This document shows positions 36,701 to 48,867 of a stretch of DNA of 64,000 nucleotides, in pieces. The notes under the pieces were generated by a model. The model did no database searches. It saw only the letters and a program-made list of their open reading frames with translations, and was not told where the DNA came from. The stretch comes from Cirrosporium novae-zelandiae (taxonomy: Eukaryota). The position numbers were made by a program, and so were the translations under genes. The DNA lies in the NCBI GenBank assembly GCA_026023565.1, contig JAPETS010000043.1, positions 1 through 64,000 of the forward strand. The letters run 5' to 3'. Each line of letters begins with the position of its first letter. The first letter of the stretch is position 1.

Positions 36701-37520
36701 AAGTACTCCAACTCAACCAATAGCAAGGCCAGCCCCCATACAAAGACCTTCGAGTACTGCTCCACATGAACGATCGAATGACACAAAACCAAGTAACGCG
36801 GATATCGACGATCTCAGTAAACACCTTGGCAGCAGTGCATTACTAGATGATAATGACGCGCCAATTGAAGCTGGAGGCCGAAATAGTATGCCACCAATTT
36901 CCACCCCCGGTACTCTTCGTTCTGGTAGGTTAGGTTTTGGTGCTTCGCCCCTATTTCCTGATGCAATGGGTATTCCTGGAGGCCCCGGTTGGGGGGCGCC
37001 TCAACTTGGCTTTGGCGCTCCCGGTATGCCAAATGGGGTGAATTGGGGTAACAGCGCTGGGTGGGTGAATGGCAATGCATTTGCTATTGGTGGCCAAAAT
37101 CGACCGGCTGCTTCCCGTCCAGTAATGATCCGTTTACTGGTTTGTCAAGCTTGTAAACAGCTTACCCAGGGTTCCCCCACAGATGTCGCTGGGCCTGGTT
37201 TCCATAATGCGGCGACGATTCTTCGACAAGTCGAGCAACTGAAACCCCCTAACGAGGCACCTATTGCCATGAAAGAGATGTTGGAGATCTGTGATACAGA
37301 AGGAGACTCTCATAATGGTGGTGGGTCGTTCTTGGTCAAGGATGACGGCCCTAGAGGTTTCTTTGTCAAGTTTGAACCCGATGCTAACGTTATGGTTCCT
37401 GGAGCTCGGCCTCCAGTTGCACCAGGAGAAATCGGTAGTCCTGTACCAAATAATATCTTACCGCTTTATGGGGCTACAAGGCATTTTCCTAATGGGATTG
37501 CACCTCCGACAGGATTTTAA
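33772..37520 (+). CDS. NST1: Stress response protein Nst1
   Basis: Introns 34910-34963 and 35221-35273. Motifs [20 protein letters not shown]...[57 protein letters not shown] and [28 protein letters not shown]; long E/K/R coiled coil. Confidence 0.95.
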
Positions 37521-38633
37521 TGAATCGATAAGCATTGTGTGAACTTTTTCTGACTTGCTTAACCCTTGATTGCTTGAAGAAGACATTACCGGGGGCTTCT
37601 TGCATCATTCTACTAACATTTATGCTCACCACACACTTCCAGCCGCTTGCTATGAAGCCAAGTATTCTTTCTTCTTCTTTCCAATAAACTACTCGCTTTC
37701 CTTTCTCAGTTCCTGCGGGATTGTACGTGTGTATGTTCGGTATTCTGTATGCAGCAGCTTCAAATTATTGCATTAAACTTGCACCTTCGCAGTTTTACGC
37801 CTCCTAGAGAGGCAGGGTTTCAACGCTGCAAGTTCATGGGGAAAAGGACGAGTTTACCCCTGTCCTGGAGGTTTTTATTCGGGGGGGCAGGGGGGACATA
37901 ACGGTGTTGGTTTCTATTCGTCTTACTAGCTAGTCAGTCGAACCATCGCCGCCATCATCAACCGGAATCGAAATTTGAGGTATTCTCGATAGAAGATGCA
38001 AATAAGAATAATCATGGTACGCAAATTAGTCTATCATACAGTAGCCTAATTCTATGTACTTCAGAGTAGATATAGTTACCAACGTAGTTTTATGACAGCG
38101 GATTTCAGCATGTAAATGAAGTAGAGAATTAATCTACCAGCGAGATGTTCATAGGTATCATCACTTAGGATAGTGTAGCCCTTGTACCTAAAACACCCTA
38201 CATAAAAAAAACCTAAATTCATTATGTTCAGACAACCCCATAACTCCCGATGATACCTAGAGCCCCAGCTCAAATTATGTATTATACAAATACAGTCTCC
38301 AAGTTTCTTGAGCTATAACGTTGAGCAACAAGAGATTTAATTTTGATATTTCCCTCCCATCCCATCCCGTGAAACCTTTTTGAAGGGCCCCGGAGTTAAC
38401 TTCGTTGTAGGCCTAAGTTCGTTGATGCGATTCAAGCTTAGATTCCCAGTAGGTTCGGCTTTCCAGCCCTCGAGCCTTGGATATTTGCTTGCTTGACTAT
38501 CATCAATGTCGTGAAGGAAGTTAAATATTATACCCGCCAGAACCGACCATACTACCTTAGGAACACCTCGCAGAAATGAAGTCCACAGTAATCCTGTGGA
38601 TGACCCTCTCCGGTTCAATATATTAAGAAAGTA

Positions 38634-40160
38634 CTATAGCGCTTTGGCTGTATTCCCTCCTCCCTTCCGCTTCCCAAGATAATCCTCGACTCTCCTTCTC
38701 CTAAAGTTCTGTGCCTGCTTCCATCGACAGTAAAGGACCACTGCATCTTTTAGCACCACGAATAAGCACCCCCCCACCACCGTTCGCCCCCATCGACTAC
38801 TCAGTAAACCATTCTTGTACCGCCACCAATCCCTCGAGTCGGAAACGGTCCATGATTTAGGAAGCGCATATTTTAGGAGGAGACCCATGAGCGCCGAGAC
38901 ACCAGGAAATGCTAAAGCACCAGTGATTGTGTCTGCAAGGCGTGTGCCACTAACGAAAATGTTTTCTTGTCGTTGAAGGTTGCCTGCGGCGTGAACTTCA
39001 TGGTGGTGACCATTGCCGTTTGCATTAGCTTCAGCTGCAGCTTCTCCTGCTGCTGCTGCTGCCACATTGCCTTGCGGGTTCTCGTTTTCCTCGTTCTCTT
39101 CGGCCGCTGCATCTTGGACGATTTCGACTTCGAGGCCGAGCTCGAAGCCCATTTCGTTTTCCATGTCATGGTCGTCGATATTGTTGTTGGCTTGATTTCC
39201 TTCTGCATCTCCATTATCTCCGTCCTGTCCTGCTCGTGGTTGGATCTCGGCCATCCATTTTCTTTCTAGTTTACCGAACGACATTTCATAGAGGCCGTGG
39301 TAGATCAATTTCATGTATGGTAAGGCTACAAAGGTCATCGCTGCGCTAGGTGGCCAGAGCGAGATGTTGTCTTGGCGATTAGTGTATTCCGGAAGAGTAG
39401 CAACGAAAAACGGGGGGACTAATGGTAGGATAATATCCGCGAAGGAAGTTCGTGAGACGACGAGGACGCCAGGGATAGATGCAAGACCGAGGGCTCGACT
39501 AACAGTCGAAAATGAGAACTCATAGCCGGCTCTACTCCACGGTTCAATTTTAAGGAGCGTCCTAGCATCATCAGGGCCAAAGACTACTAGTACGGTGCCC
39601 AATCCATATGCGAAACAACCTGCCCAAACGGTGCCAGCTAGTGTCAGGGGAACTGATACCCAGACTATTTTTCCAACAGCCCTTTCTATCTTATTCACAG
39701 CCTCGACTATCATGCTTCTCGGACGGACAATGCGAATTTCGGATTTACATTGCGGGCAGTAGACGCGCTGGGGAACCGAAGTTTGCCTTCGCGGCCCTGG
39801 CCTTTCCATATCCGCAACCCAATCCAAGAGACAAGATTCATGGGCCGTCAATGCACAAGGGCATGGGGAGCGCCATTCCGAAGAAAGAGGGCCATCTTCT
39901 AATTCGTTCGAGAGGCAGATCCAGCATTTGCGGGGCTCATTATCGGCTAGAAAGAGCTGAGATCGCAGGGGCTTAGAAGGGATTGACTTTTCGGCCAGTT
40001 GGGAGGTTACCGAGACATTACTTATTAAAACGGTTTGAGAATCATCGGATGCCGAAGACTCGGGGGAATGTGATTGATTGTCGGTTTGTCTAGAAGGGCG
40101 TACGGCTTCGCGGTTAGCAGAAGAGCGCCGGCGCTGGAGCGGTTGGGAGAAGGAGCTCAT
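38634..40160 (-). CDS. RING-CH (RINGv) membrane E3 ubiquitin ligase, MARCH5-like
   Basis: 508-aa ORF with C4HC3 pattern CWIC...PCPC...HESC...CPQC, followed by transmembrane segments and C-terminal RTVVGGCLFVVLKD. Confidence 0.85.
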   Translation of the reverse strand: MSSFSQPLQRRRSSANREAVRPSRQTDNQSHSPESSASDDSQTVLISNVSVTSQLAEKSIPSKPLRSQLFLADNEPRKCWICLSNELEDGPLSSEWRSPCPCALTAHESCLLDWVADMERPGPRRQTSVPQRVYCPQCKSEIRIVRPRSMIVEAVNKIERAVGKIVWVSVPLTLAGTVWAGCFAYGLGTVLVVFGPDDARTLLKIEPWSRAGYEFSFSTVSRALGLASIPGVLVVSRTSFADIILPLVPPFFVATLPEYTNRQDNISLWPPSAAMTFVALPYMKLIYHGLYEMSFGKLERKWMAEIQPRAGQDGDNGDAEGNQANNNIDDHDMENEMGFELGLEVEIVQDAAAEENEENENPQGNVAAAAAGEAAAEANANGNGHHHEVHAAGNLQRQENIFVSGTRLADTITGALAFPGVSALMGLLLKYALPKSWTVSDSRDWWRYKNGLLSSRWGRTVVGGCLFVVLKDAVVLYCRWKQAQNFRRRRVEDYLGKRKGGGNTAKAL

Positions 40161-40958
40161 CGCAAAGAGCCAGTAAAAAAAAATTTATCAAGGAAGGTAT
40201 AGGACAATTTAGTAGGACATCGCTTAGCAAAACATCCAGAGGAGATGGTTTATTGAATTGAAGGATGCTTAATATATTCTATAAAGTAGGATTAGAAAGC
40301 TAAGACGACGTTGAATTGCCTTAAGGTTTAATGATATCAGAGGACCAAAGCTTTAGCCTTAGGCTGTCCATGCCGACCTCCGAGGTTTTTCCCCACGTGC
40401 CCCCTCACTCCACCTCCTTAGCCCCTTCTCGCATCCATATCTAATGGTATTTCCTAGCCCGGTATTTATTATTTACAGTATCTATCCAACTATTCATGCA
40501 AAACAAGATGTTTTATTATATATCTGCGGATAAGGGGATATTTTGTAGATGCCGGAACGAGTGAAGCGTGTATGGAGATGTGTCAAGCAAATAGGAAATG
40601 TATGTGTAAATATATTAAAGAGCATTAGAAGGTGATTGGTGAGTGGGGGACTAATAAAGAGACGGATGAAAAGGAAGTATGGACCCTTTTCACCGGATAG
40701 GAGAGTAAAGAGGGGCATATGGAGCTTGCAGCACCAGAAGGGCTTAATGAGTATAGTGAGATCAGAAAGCATATGTTCGGGGGCAGACATTAAGCATTAG
40801 AAGTTATTGGAGGCTTAGTTGTAGTAATCTTAATTCTAAGTTATATTTATTGATTAGTTTCGTCAATCATTAGGAAATATAGTCCCAAAACGTTCTCGTA
40901 GTTTCAGGATATTATAATGCAAACCTTCACATGACTTCAAATCTACGCGCATAGCCTC

Positions 40959-42341
40959 CTACTCAAAGAGTGTACTCTGCCCGATATCGCAAACGTCAAA
41001 AACCCCCTCGGCTTTAATGTCTTTAGCTTTTAATGCCTCTTTCAATAACCTTGGAGGCTCTAACACTTCCTCCTCAGTGAGCACCCACGTCCCCCAATGG
41101 ATAGCCATTGCACGCTTACACTTTGTATCTAGAAAGATATCGACAGCGTCAAAAGGATCGGCATGCATAGGAGAAAAGATATAGCGTGGCTCGTAGGCGC
41201 CGATAGGGATGAGACCCAGATCAAAGGGACCACGGTTAGCACCAATAGAGCAAAATGCTGGGCAAGTGGGGAGGTCTGATGGTTGAGGCGTTGGAGGGGT
41301 GGTGCTTGTGGATTCGGGAATTGTACGGTAACCGGTATCACTGGTAAGAATTAATAGGAGGAAAAAAAGCGAGGTGGAAAAATTTTTACCCAGCAAACCA
41401 AACCTTTTTCCCTCCGCTTTCAACACTCCAGCTCGCCCAGAGTGTTTTATTGCGGTCAAGAAGTGAACGAGAACTCATGTGTTGGGCGGGTAGGCATCCT
41501 ATCTTTGCAGATATTTCAGTAGGGTCATTGCCCTCTCCCGAGGACTTTATATCCCCATCTGTTCTTGCTTCTGCATTCTGGTTATTAAGTGAAAGTTCCA
41601 GGCCACATTCTTCCCACCAATCGAGCTCTGTCACATTATTAATCCCAGAAGCTATAAACCATTGTTTGTTCCCAAGAGGAGCGAAGAAGTGAGCATTTGG
41701 GTGGAGTTTCGCAATTTTTGTTAAAGTTGGGTGGTCCATGTGGTCATAATGGTTATGCGATATAAAAACCGCATCGATTACTAGCGGGTAGGCTAATGAG
41801 CGGCTGAAGGAGCAATGGAAATGATACTGAATCTACCTGGTATATCCTCCACTTGGCATGGGGCTTCTGTATATCTCTTTGGACCCAGCCAAGAAAATGG
41901 ACTGCATCGTTCACTGAAAACGGGATCAAAGAGAGCTCGGAAACCATCAGGGAATTCTACATAATAACATGCATGACCCAACCAAGTTGCGCGGAGCGTT
42001 GGCGTAAGTCTAGAAGAGGGGAAATTAGGCTTATGTACGGGTATAGTAGGTGGTGTAGTGTTAGGACTGTGCGCATTCCCCGATATATGTCGCCTTCAGA
42101 AAATTATTGTCAATAAATGAATAGACACTTGAAGAAAGGTGAGAAAATACCGAGCCATTTTCAAAGGGACGGCATCTGCTTCGGCTTTTCCGAAACTATT
42201 CCATGGATTTGTAAATCCCTTGTGATCTTTCAAATGATGTTTTTTATCCTTAGCATCGTCTGGAACTGCACCAAAGATTGCGGTTGGATTAACCGTGGCA
42301 GAGTAGAGCATTGCTGATGTTGATGGACTAGACATGTTCAT
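40959..42341 (-). CDS. FMP30: NAPE-PLD-like metallo-beta-lactamase-fold hydrolase (Fmp30-like)
   Basis: Introns 42150-42094, 41836-41781, 41389-41341. Motifs [51 protein letters not shown] and IHWGTW. Confidence 0.88.
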
Positions 42342-43030
42342 GGAGGAATGAAAGAGGCGTAGAAATTACGGGCAGCAGTTTAACTTCTTCATATATGATA
42401 GCAGTTTAGGTGTAAAATCCCTGAAGAGAATACGCATGAAATAGGAGTTAGAGAATAGATTTAAACTTGCGATTTAAGTAAGTGGTAGGGCGTTGAAAGA
42501 TATAAGTACTAAAGTAGATTTAAGAAAATGGGGAATGGCCAAAGGAGTTGAATAGTTAAAATAAGCGGACTTTGCATTCTATCCGTTCCGCACATTTACG
42601 AGACAATACGTACTTTAAAAGTATAGCCCGGAGTAATAATTAATTAGATACTGTGATTAGGTTTCTGCAGGCAGAAGGGCTGGCATCATCATCATTAGCT
42701 TTCCGCTTAACTCCGTCCTGTCGTAAACCCGAGTTTCAATGACTGCTGCCTTATAAGGAAGGATCACCCTACATAACAAGTGCAGTCGTCCCAAAGAGCC
42801 AAGGACTTCGTTATAATAATTACATCTGATACGTTAAATTACCTAGGTACCTAGTGATAGTATAAACATGAAAACCTTAACTATTAGTTTCTCTCGTACT
42901 TAGTGAAAGACCCAAGTTATTCGTGGGGGCCAAACGCTATCCCCATTCAATTTGATTGAACAAACCGTCCTTCATCTCGCCCCTCCCCAACGGCCTTCAC
43001 GACCACCTTCGGATTTTCTAAAGAGGCCGT

Positions 43031-44658
43031 ATGCCCTCATCTGAAGAAACTGAAGCGGCAGCGCCAACCTTACCTCCAGCTGCAGTTGGAAATGGCGACA
43101 CCAACCCTCGAACTCAATTAACTCAACAAATTTTAAATCGCCAAAATGAAAATTCTGAAGGCCTCCTAGGGCAGCTCACAAATAACCCTTTTTTCACGGC
43201 CGTGAGTATACTGTGATATCTTTTTATCGAATATTTTGAAGCTGATTTACCTCACTATAGGGTTTTGGGCTAGCGGGACTTGGTGCTGCTCTTGCGGCTG
43301 CCCAGAAAGGTGTCAGGCATGGTGTCTCTCTCCTCCGCAGAAGAATGCTTGTGGATGTCGAAATAAATATCAAAGATGATTCATATCCGTGGTTCCTATA
43401 TTGGATGACCCTTCACCAGCAAGCTCAACTGGCTCCACTATCTACCTCGGTTCCAAACGTTGGTCTCTGGGAATCGTTAATCAAGCGATTAACTCCTGGG
43501 ATGCGGCATCTCTCCATCCAAACACAAAAAATAGAAAATCCAAATGGGTCAATCAATACACGCTTTGCGCTGTTGCCTGGGCCCGGCAAGCACATACTAC
43601 GCTATAAAGGTGCCTTCTTTATGGTAGATCGACAGCGAGAGGCCAGATCTAGGGACCATACGTCTGGCAAGCCTTGGGAAACAGTCACTCTGACTACACT
43701 TTATGGCCACAGATTTATTTTCCAGGACATCTTTCAGGAGGCGCATAAGCTAGCGGAAAAATCTCAAGAGGGAAAAACGGTCATCTATCACCCTGATCGC
43801 ATGTCTGCTGGTATGGACTGGAAAAACTTTGGTAGCCCGAGACGGAAGCGTCCTCTAAATTCGGTTATCCTTGATTCCGGTATCAAAGAACGAATAGTTG
43901 ACGATATCAAAGACTTCTTAAGGAGTGGGCGGTGGTATTATGACCGGGGAATACCTTACCGTCGTGGCTACCTTTTATATGGCCCCCCAGGCACCGGAAA
44001 AAGCTCTTTCATCCAAGCTCTCGCTGGCGAACTTGACTACAATATTGCAATTCTCAACCTCAGTGAGAGAGGTCTGACTGATGATCGATTCAGTTTACTA
44101 TTAACTAAAATCCCCCCCAGAACCTTGGTTTTACTTGAAGATGTTGATGCAGCCTTTGGTAACAGAAGGGTTCAAAGTGATGAGGATGGTTATCACGGTG
44201 CAAATGTTACCTTTTCTGGCCTTTTAAACGCATTGGATGGTGTTGCTAGTGCAGAGGAACGAATTATTTTCTTAACTACTAATCACATCGAACGCTTAGA
44301 TGAAGCTCTAATTCGTCCCGGCCGTGTTGATATGATGGTCAGGCTCGGTGAAGTGACCCGATACCAGGCCAGCCAGCTTTGGGACCGGTTTTATCAGGAA
44401 CTAGACCACAATGGAACCTTTAAAAAGCGCTTTCTCGACAGACTCGCTGAACTCGGTCTTATTGAAAATGCGGAAGGGAAGTTTTCCAGTTCTACCCTAA
44501 GAACAAGTGCCGCAGCTTTACAGGGACTATTTCTATACAATAAGGATAATATGGAAGGAGCAATCACGACAGCCCCAGGTCTCATTCCGGAAGAACTCCG
44601 CAATCAGCAATCTTTATCTACCGGATTGAGTCAGAATCCGATGCCTAGCTCGAACTAA
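43031..44658 (+). CDS. BCS1: Mitochondrial AAA chaperone Bcs1
   Basis: Intron 43202-43260 gives NNPFFTAGFGLAGLG. Motifs PGPGKH, PWETVTLTTL, RGIPYRRGYLLYGPPGTGKSS, LLEDVDAAF, VTFSGLLNALDGV and ALIRPGRVD. Confidence 0.96.
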
Positions 44659-45478
44659 TCCTGTGATAGCAAAAGTCACGACGGATAAGGAAAATCCAAA
44701 ATACAACGTCCTAGAGATTCATTAAATATATTATATTACTATACTAGTAAGTGTAGCCAATTACGGAAATACTTGTTAGATATCCTGGACTCGACGACAT
44801 AGGCTCCGTTTTCATTGGAATGTATAATAAAGTAATGTTTTATGTATCAAGTATACCCTCGGTATAATTATGGAAGAATTTCCTTATACACCTTACAATA
44901 AACTTCTAGAGTTTGTCTTAGATTAGCGCAGTCGGCGGTTAAGAAATTACCGCGTAGTTGCGGTCATGTCACCGCTAGAAGTTTAAACATAAGACAACTC
45001 TTCTAACCAATGATTATTATCGATGTCTTGAACTCTATTCAACTCTGTGAACCCAGCGTTGTTGAAGCTTAGGCTCTAGATCCCCTAGATCCTTCATTGC
45101 TTTTATCTCTTCTGCTTCATGAACTTCCTAGCCTTGTGATATCTCGAGCAACATACAGATATTCCGCACCTCCACTAAGCAAAACAACCGAAGTTCTAGC
45201 GGCATTCAGGGTTACACGGGACCTGCGAGGGCTGAGGTGACCAAGACCGGACTTCAGTATGCTGGACATTGTCCCAATGTCTTGCCACTATCTCTTACAT
45301 TTACTAATGATTTCACTTGTTTCATAGACCTCAGCCTATGAGCCTGTGGTCATTGCTCATTTGAAATGGCCATCGTAATTGCTTTCACCTCTTGAATTCT
45401 TATCAAATACTTCAATACAGACCGAGCTATCTCGGCAAGAAGACATAGTTACTAAATAGTCGTTGCACATCCTGCAAG

Positions 45479-46792
45479 ATGTCAAGCTTTGTTACGAACA
45501 TCGCCATGGCAAGTCCACATGATCCTCAAGCATTTCGGTTCCTCGACTTCCCTGGGGAGCTTCGCAATCAGGTTTATCGCGAATTACTCACTACTAAGGC
45601 CGTCAAGAAAGTTTGGCCTTGTGGTCATCATACATACAAATTCCACATGGCAGTACTTCGTACAAACCATCAAATCTTCGAGGAAGCAATGGCCATTTTT
45701 GAGACTAATGTCTTTATTCATATCGAAACCATGTCGAGTGGGCTCGTAGATATGATGAGATACGCATGCTTCCACTTCATTCAGATTGGGGAAAAGGCTG
45801 ATATCGGGGTGTCTGACAGTTATCTTTCTGTCGATATATTCTGCCTCCAAGAAAGATGTGAAGACACATCCTTCCACTTTATCACCTGTCTAGAAGACCT
45901 TCCCGAAATGTGCCAAATCCTTGTGTATGAGGGTCTTGGCATCCCAGGCTTTAATGAACAGTTGACCCTGGAAGTGCAACTATGTAATTGGAATGATGCA
46001 TTTGACCCAGTGTCAGAATCTCTTCAACGCTCATTGCTCATGCCGTTTGCTAGGTTGAAGGATCTAAACGAACTACAGCTCCATGGTCCTTGGAACAAGA
46101 CTATTTTAAAAGATTTTAGAAAGGCCTTGAAAACTAGAGAGCCTACCATGGAAGAGAAGTTGTACGGAGCTATTTCGTTGAAAGATGATGGAAATGATGC
46201 CCTCAAAGCTTGTAATTATGAACTAGCTATTCAAAAATACTTGGAAGCATTTGAGATAACTCATACAACCGTGACCGATTACTCTCTTATTGTTCGGGTC
46301 GAGTCACATTTCGATCAGATTCTTTCCAACGGCAAGCACGGTGGTGAGAATGGAGCATACGTTCGATACCTTTTGTATTTCCGGCTTACCTCGAATATCA
46401 TCCTCACCTACACAAAACTTGGCGAATATCAAAAGGCTATTCATTGGGGCAATAGTCAAGTTGAAGAGATGAAACGAGATTCTTTGCGAGAGGATCCTCG
46501 CGATCATCTAGTGCAGCCAAAAGATGAGGCTAAATTCTGGTATCGCTTGGCACTTGCTTGTAAAGGAGCTTTCAAGTATAATCAAGCTCTTAGGGCTCTG
46601 CACACAGCAATGCAACAGCTTCCTGGAGACCGCCTAATTGGGAGAGCAGTTCGGAATGTGATGATTGAAGGCAATTTTTATTGCACGTGTGGCCCTAAAG
46701 CAGTCTTGGACGAAATGTGTCCCTTTCTCTTCAAAATGCTCGTTGAATGCGGAGGGGTTGAGGGGTCATGTCAATGTTCGAGGTGTAGGTGA
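45479..46792 (+). CDS. Uncharacterised protein: F-box-like N-terminus plus TPR repeats plus Cys-rich tail
   Basis: 437-aa ORF. FRFLDFPGELRNQVYRELL is F-box-like. LKDDGNDALKACNYELAIQKYLEA, NIILTYTKLGEYQKAI and AKFWYRLALA...YNQALRAL are TPR-like. Confidence 0.8.
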   Translation: MSSFVTNIAMASPHDPQAFRFLDFPGELRNQVYRELLTTKAVKKVWPCGHHTYKFHMAVLRTNHQIFEEAMAIFETNVFIHIETMSSGLVDMMRYACFHFIQIGEKADIGVSDSYLSVDIFCLQERCEDTSFHFITCLEDLPEMCQILVYEGLGIPGFNEQLTLEVQLCNWNDAFDPVSESLQRSLLMPFARLKDLNELQLHGPWNKTILKDFRKALKTREPTMEEKLYGAISLKDDGNDALKACNYELAIQKYLEAFEITHTTVTDYSLIVRVESHFDQILSNGKHGGENGAYVRYLLYFRLTSNIILTYTKLGEYQKAIHWGNSQVEEMKRDSLREDPRDHLVQPKDEAKFWYRLALACKGAFKYNQALRALHTAMQQLPGDRLIGRAVRNVMIEGNFYCTCGPKAVLDEMCPFLFKMLVECGGVEGSCQCSRCR

Positions 46793-48867
46793 CAATGCCA
46801 GGCCTAATATGATAAAATGGGATTGATAAAATCAGATGGGGATCAATGGCGTAGGATGTGGAGACTTTCTACCTGTGTTTTGTTCATTTCCTAGTGGTGA
46901 GTGCTCTTCATAGTTTCATGTATGGCATTAAACAAGGGTCAAAGGTTGATGGGGATTATTAGAGCTCTTCAGGACGAATGGACTTTTTCTGCAGGTGCTA
47001 TGCTAACCGATGGCGTTCTGATGTGGGATAACTGTTCCTATTACTAGCTGGTCTAGCTACAATAAAACCCCCAATTTGATTATGGACTGGTCAAGGCCTT
47101 AAAATAAATGAATATAATTATTTTACACCCCTAGGAACTTAGGGAAGTAATTACCTTGAATCCATGATTCTGGCTGTTTACTTTAATTTGATGAGAACTA
47201 ATGGGTATTCTAGTCGAACCTCTAAGCTCCCTTGACGGGTACGCGACGGGGAAAAGACTATTTTCAAAGATACATTTATCAGTAACTCTTGTTAGATCCT
47301 TAGCCATGAAGTTGTTTTCTCGCTTACATATCTCATTTCTATGAATTTTATTTAATTGCGAGGCCAACGTTATAGAGAGTTAATCATCGTAAATTATATG
47401 AAAATGATGAATATTTTACTCGAGCGCCCTGGCGCTTCTTGGCTCATGTTGCTTGCCTCTAAGGAGAAATTGATTCATGGTAGACTACAACCTTGCGGCA
47501 TTCATTATCCCGAAGAGGATTTAGTTATTTTACCCCAAGCATTCTAGTACTGTGGAATGTTTATTTAAAGTAAAAGTAAAATTAAAGTCAAGAATAAAGT
47601 GGGGACCAACTGCTTTTAAGGTTGAGAGAAGCTGGCTCCCGGTCCAAATCCATGCTCTGTGAAATCAGGATTTGAATAGTGTGAATAGCAATTATCATAA
47701 GACTGATAGTGATCCAAGAATTTTTCAATACGAGACTACAAATCCTATGTTCAAATAATTCACAATAATTCCTCCAATGATGCCGACTAAACATGTCAAG
47801 AATTTTGCTTAAGTGAAGTCTAGGTTTAGTGCCTCTTTACCCCAGCTTTTACCCGCTGTGCCCACATTTAGGTTGTGAAGCTGGGAGCGACTCGGATCCC
47901 AACTAAACCACCATCTGATGACCATCCCACCACACAAGGGACCAGCTCTCTATCTTCGTCTAAAAATCTCTGCTACATTGCAACCTACCCTTACTACCTT
48001 CTCCAGAGACCCCATGTACTATACATATTGAACCATTACCTAGTTACACATGCCGAGAACCTATTCAAGAAATTATAGATCTGCTTTTCATCGGACATGC
48101 AGGGAGATACCTTGTTGTTGGTACTCATGTCCTAGTACGCATAGTACTGTGGCACCGACCTATACCGATCTAGAGCAGTCAAGAGGATTCCATCTCCAAT
48201 TTCCAACAGCAATATACAAGGAATGGTGTGACTCAGTTATCAGGAACATCCGAGGTCGAAAACATACTGGTTCATAAAGAGGGACAATCGGATTCGCGAA
48301 GGATTGCTTTCCTTGTTGGAATTTCGCTAGACTAATGGAATGAACCATTCATGTAGAAAGATCAAGTCGTCGATATTCAAGTTTAACATTGGCTCGTGAA
48401 TAGTAACTCGTTGCCCACCGGGGTCTATCTTTTTAAATGTTTTAATGCGGAGGTTGGACTATTTTCTCAATCGTGTTACCCCGCGATTCACAGCCTATGC
48501 AATCGAGCTAGTAAGCCGTTCAAGCCACCTACTCGGGATTTTTGATAGTGGACCATTTCCCTTCCACCAACCTCTAGCATTCTTGCATTCTACTATGCTT
48601 CTCCCCAGTCACTCAATACCATGTCAGCAGAGCGAAATGCCTCAGTGCCACATGTCGTCGCTTTTATGTGAGCTATTCGACCCTTGTTGTTCCGATGACC
48701 GAATCCCGTCGGACAGCTATAAGACAGGCGCCATTCCCCTCGAATCTGTCGTACCTTCCCTGTCCTGCCGCTTGCTCTCTTTCCACTCTGATCATCATCC
48801 ACTTGCACATATAGAACAGCCCTCTATATCCTCTAAACAAGCCGTATAGGCTACAGAACCCTTCACT

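Noticed and set aside
47599..48608. CreA/Mig1-type SYGGRG sites upstream of the sugar transporter (47599, 47840, 48447, 48479, 48603)
   Set aside because: Biologically plausible, but a degenerate hexamer occurs at roughly this frequency by chance, so it cannot be supported without conservation data.
47875..48849. Several 60-134 aa ORFs upstream of the transporter
   Set aside because: No recognisable motifs or consistent splice structure; treated as promoter or intergenic sequence.
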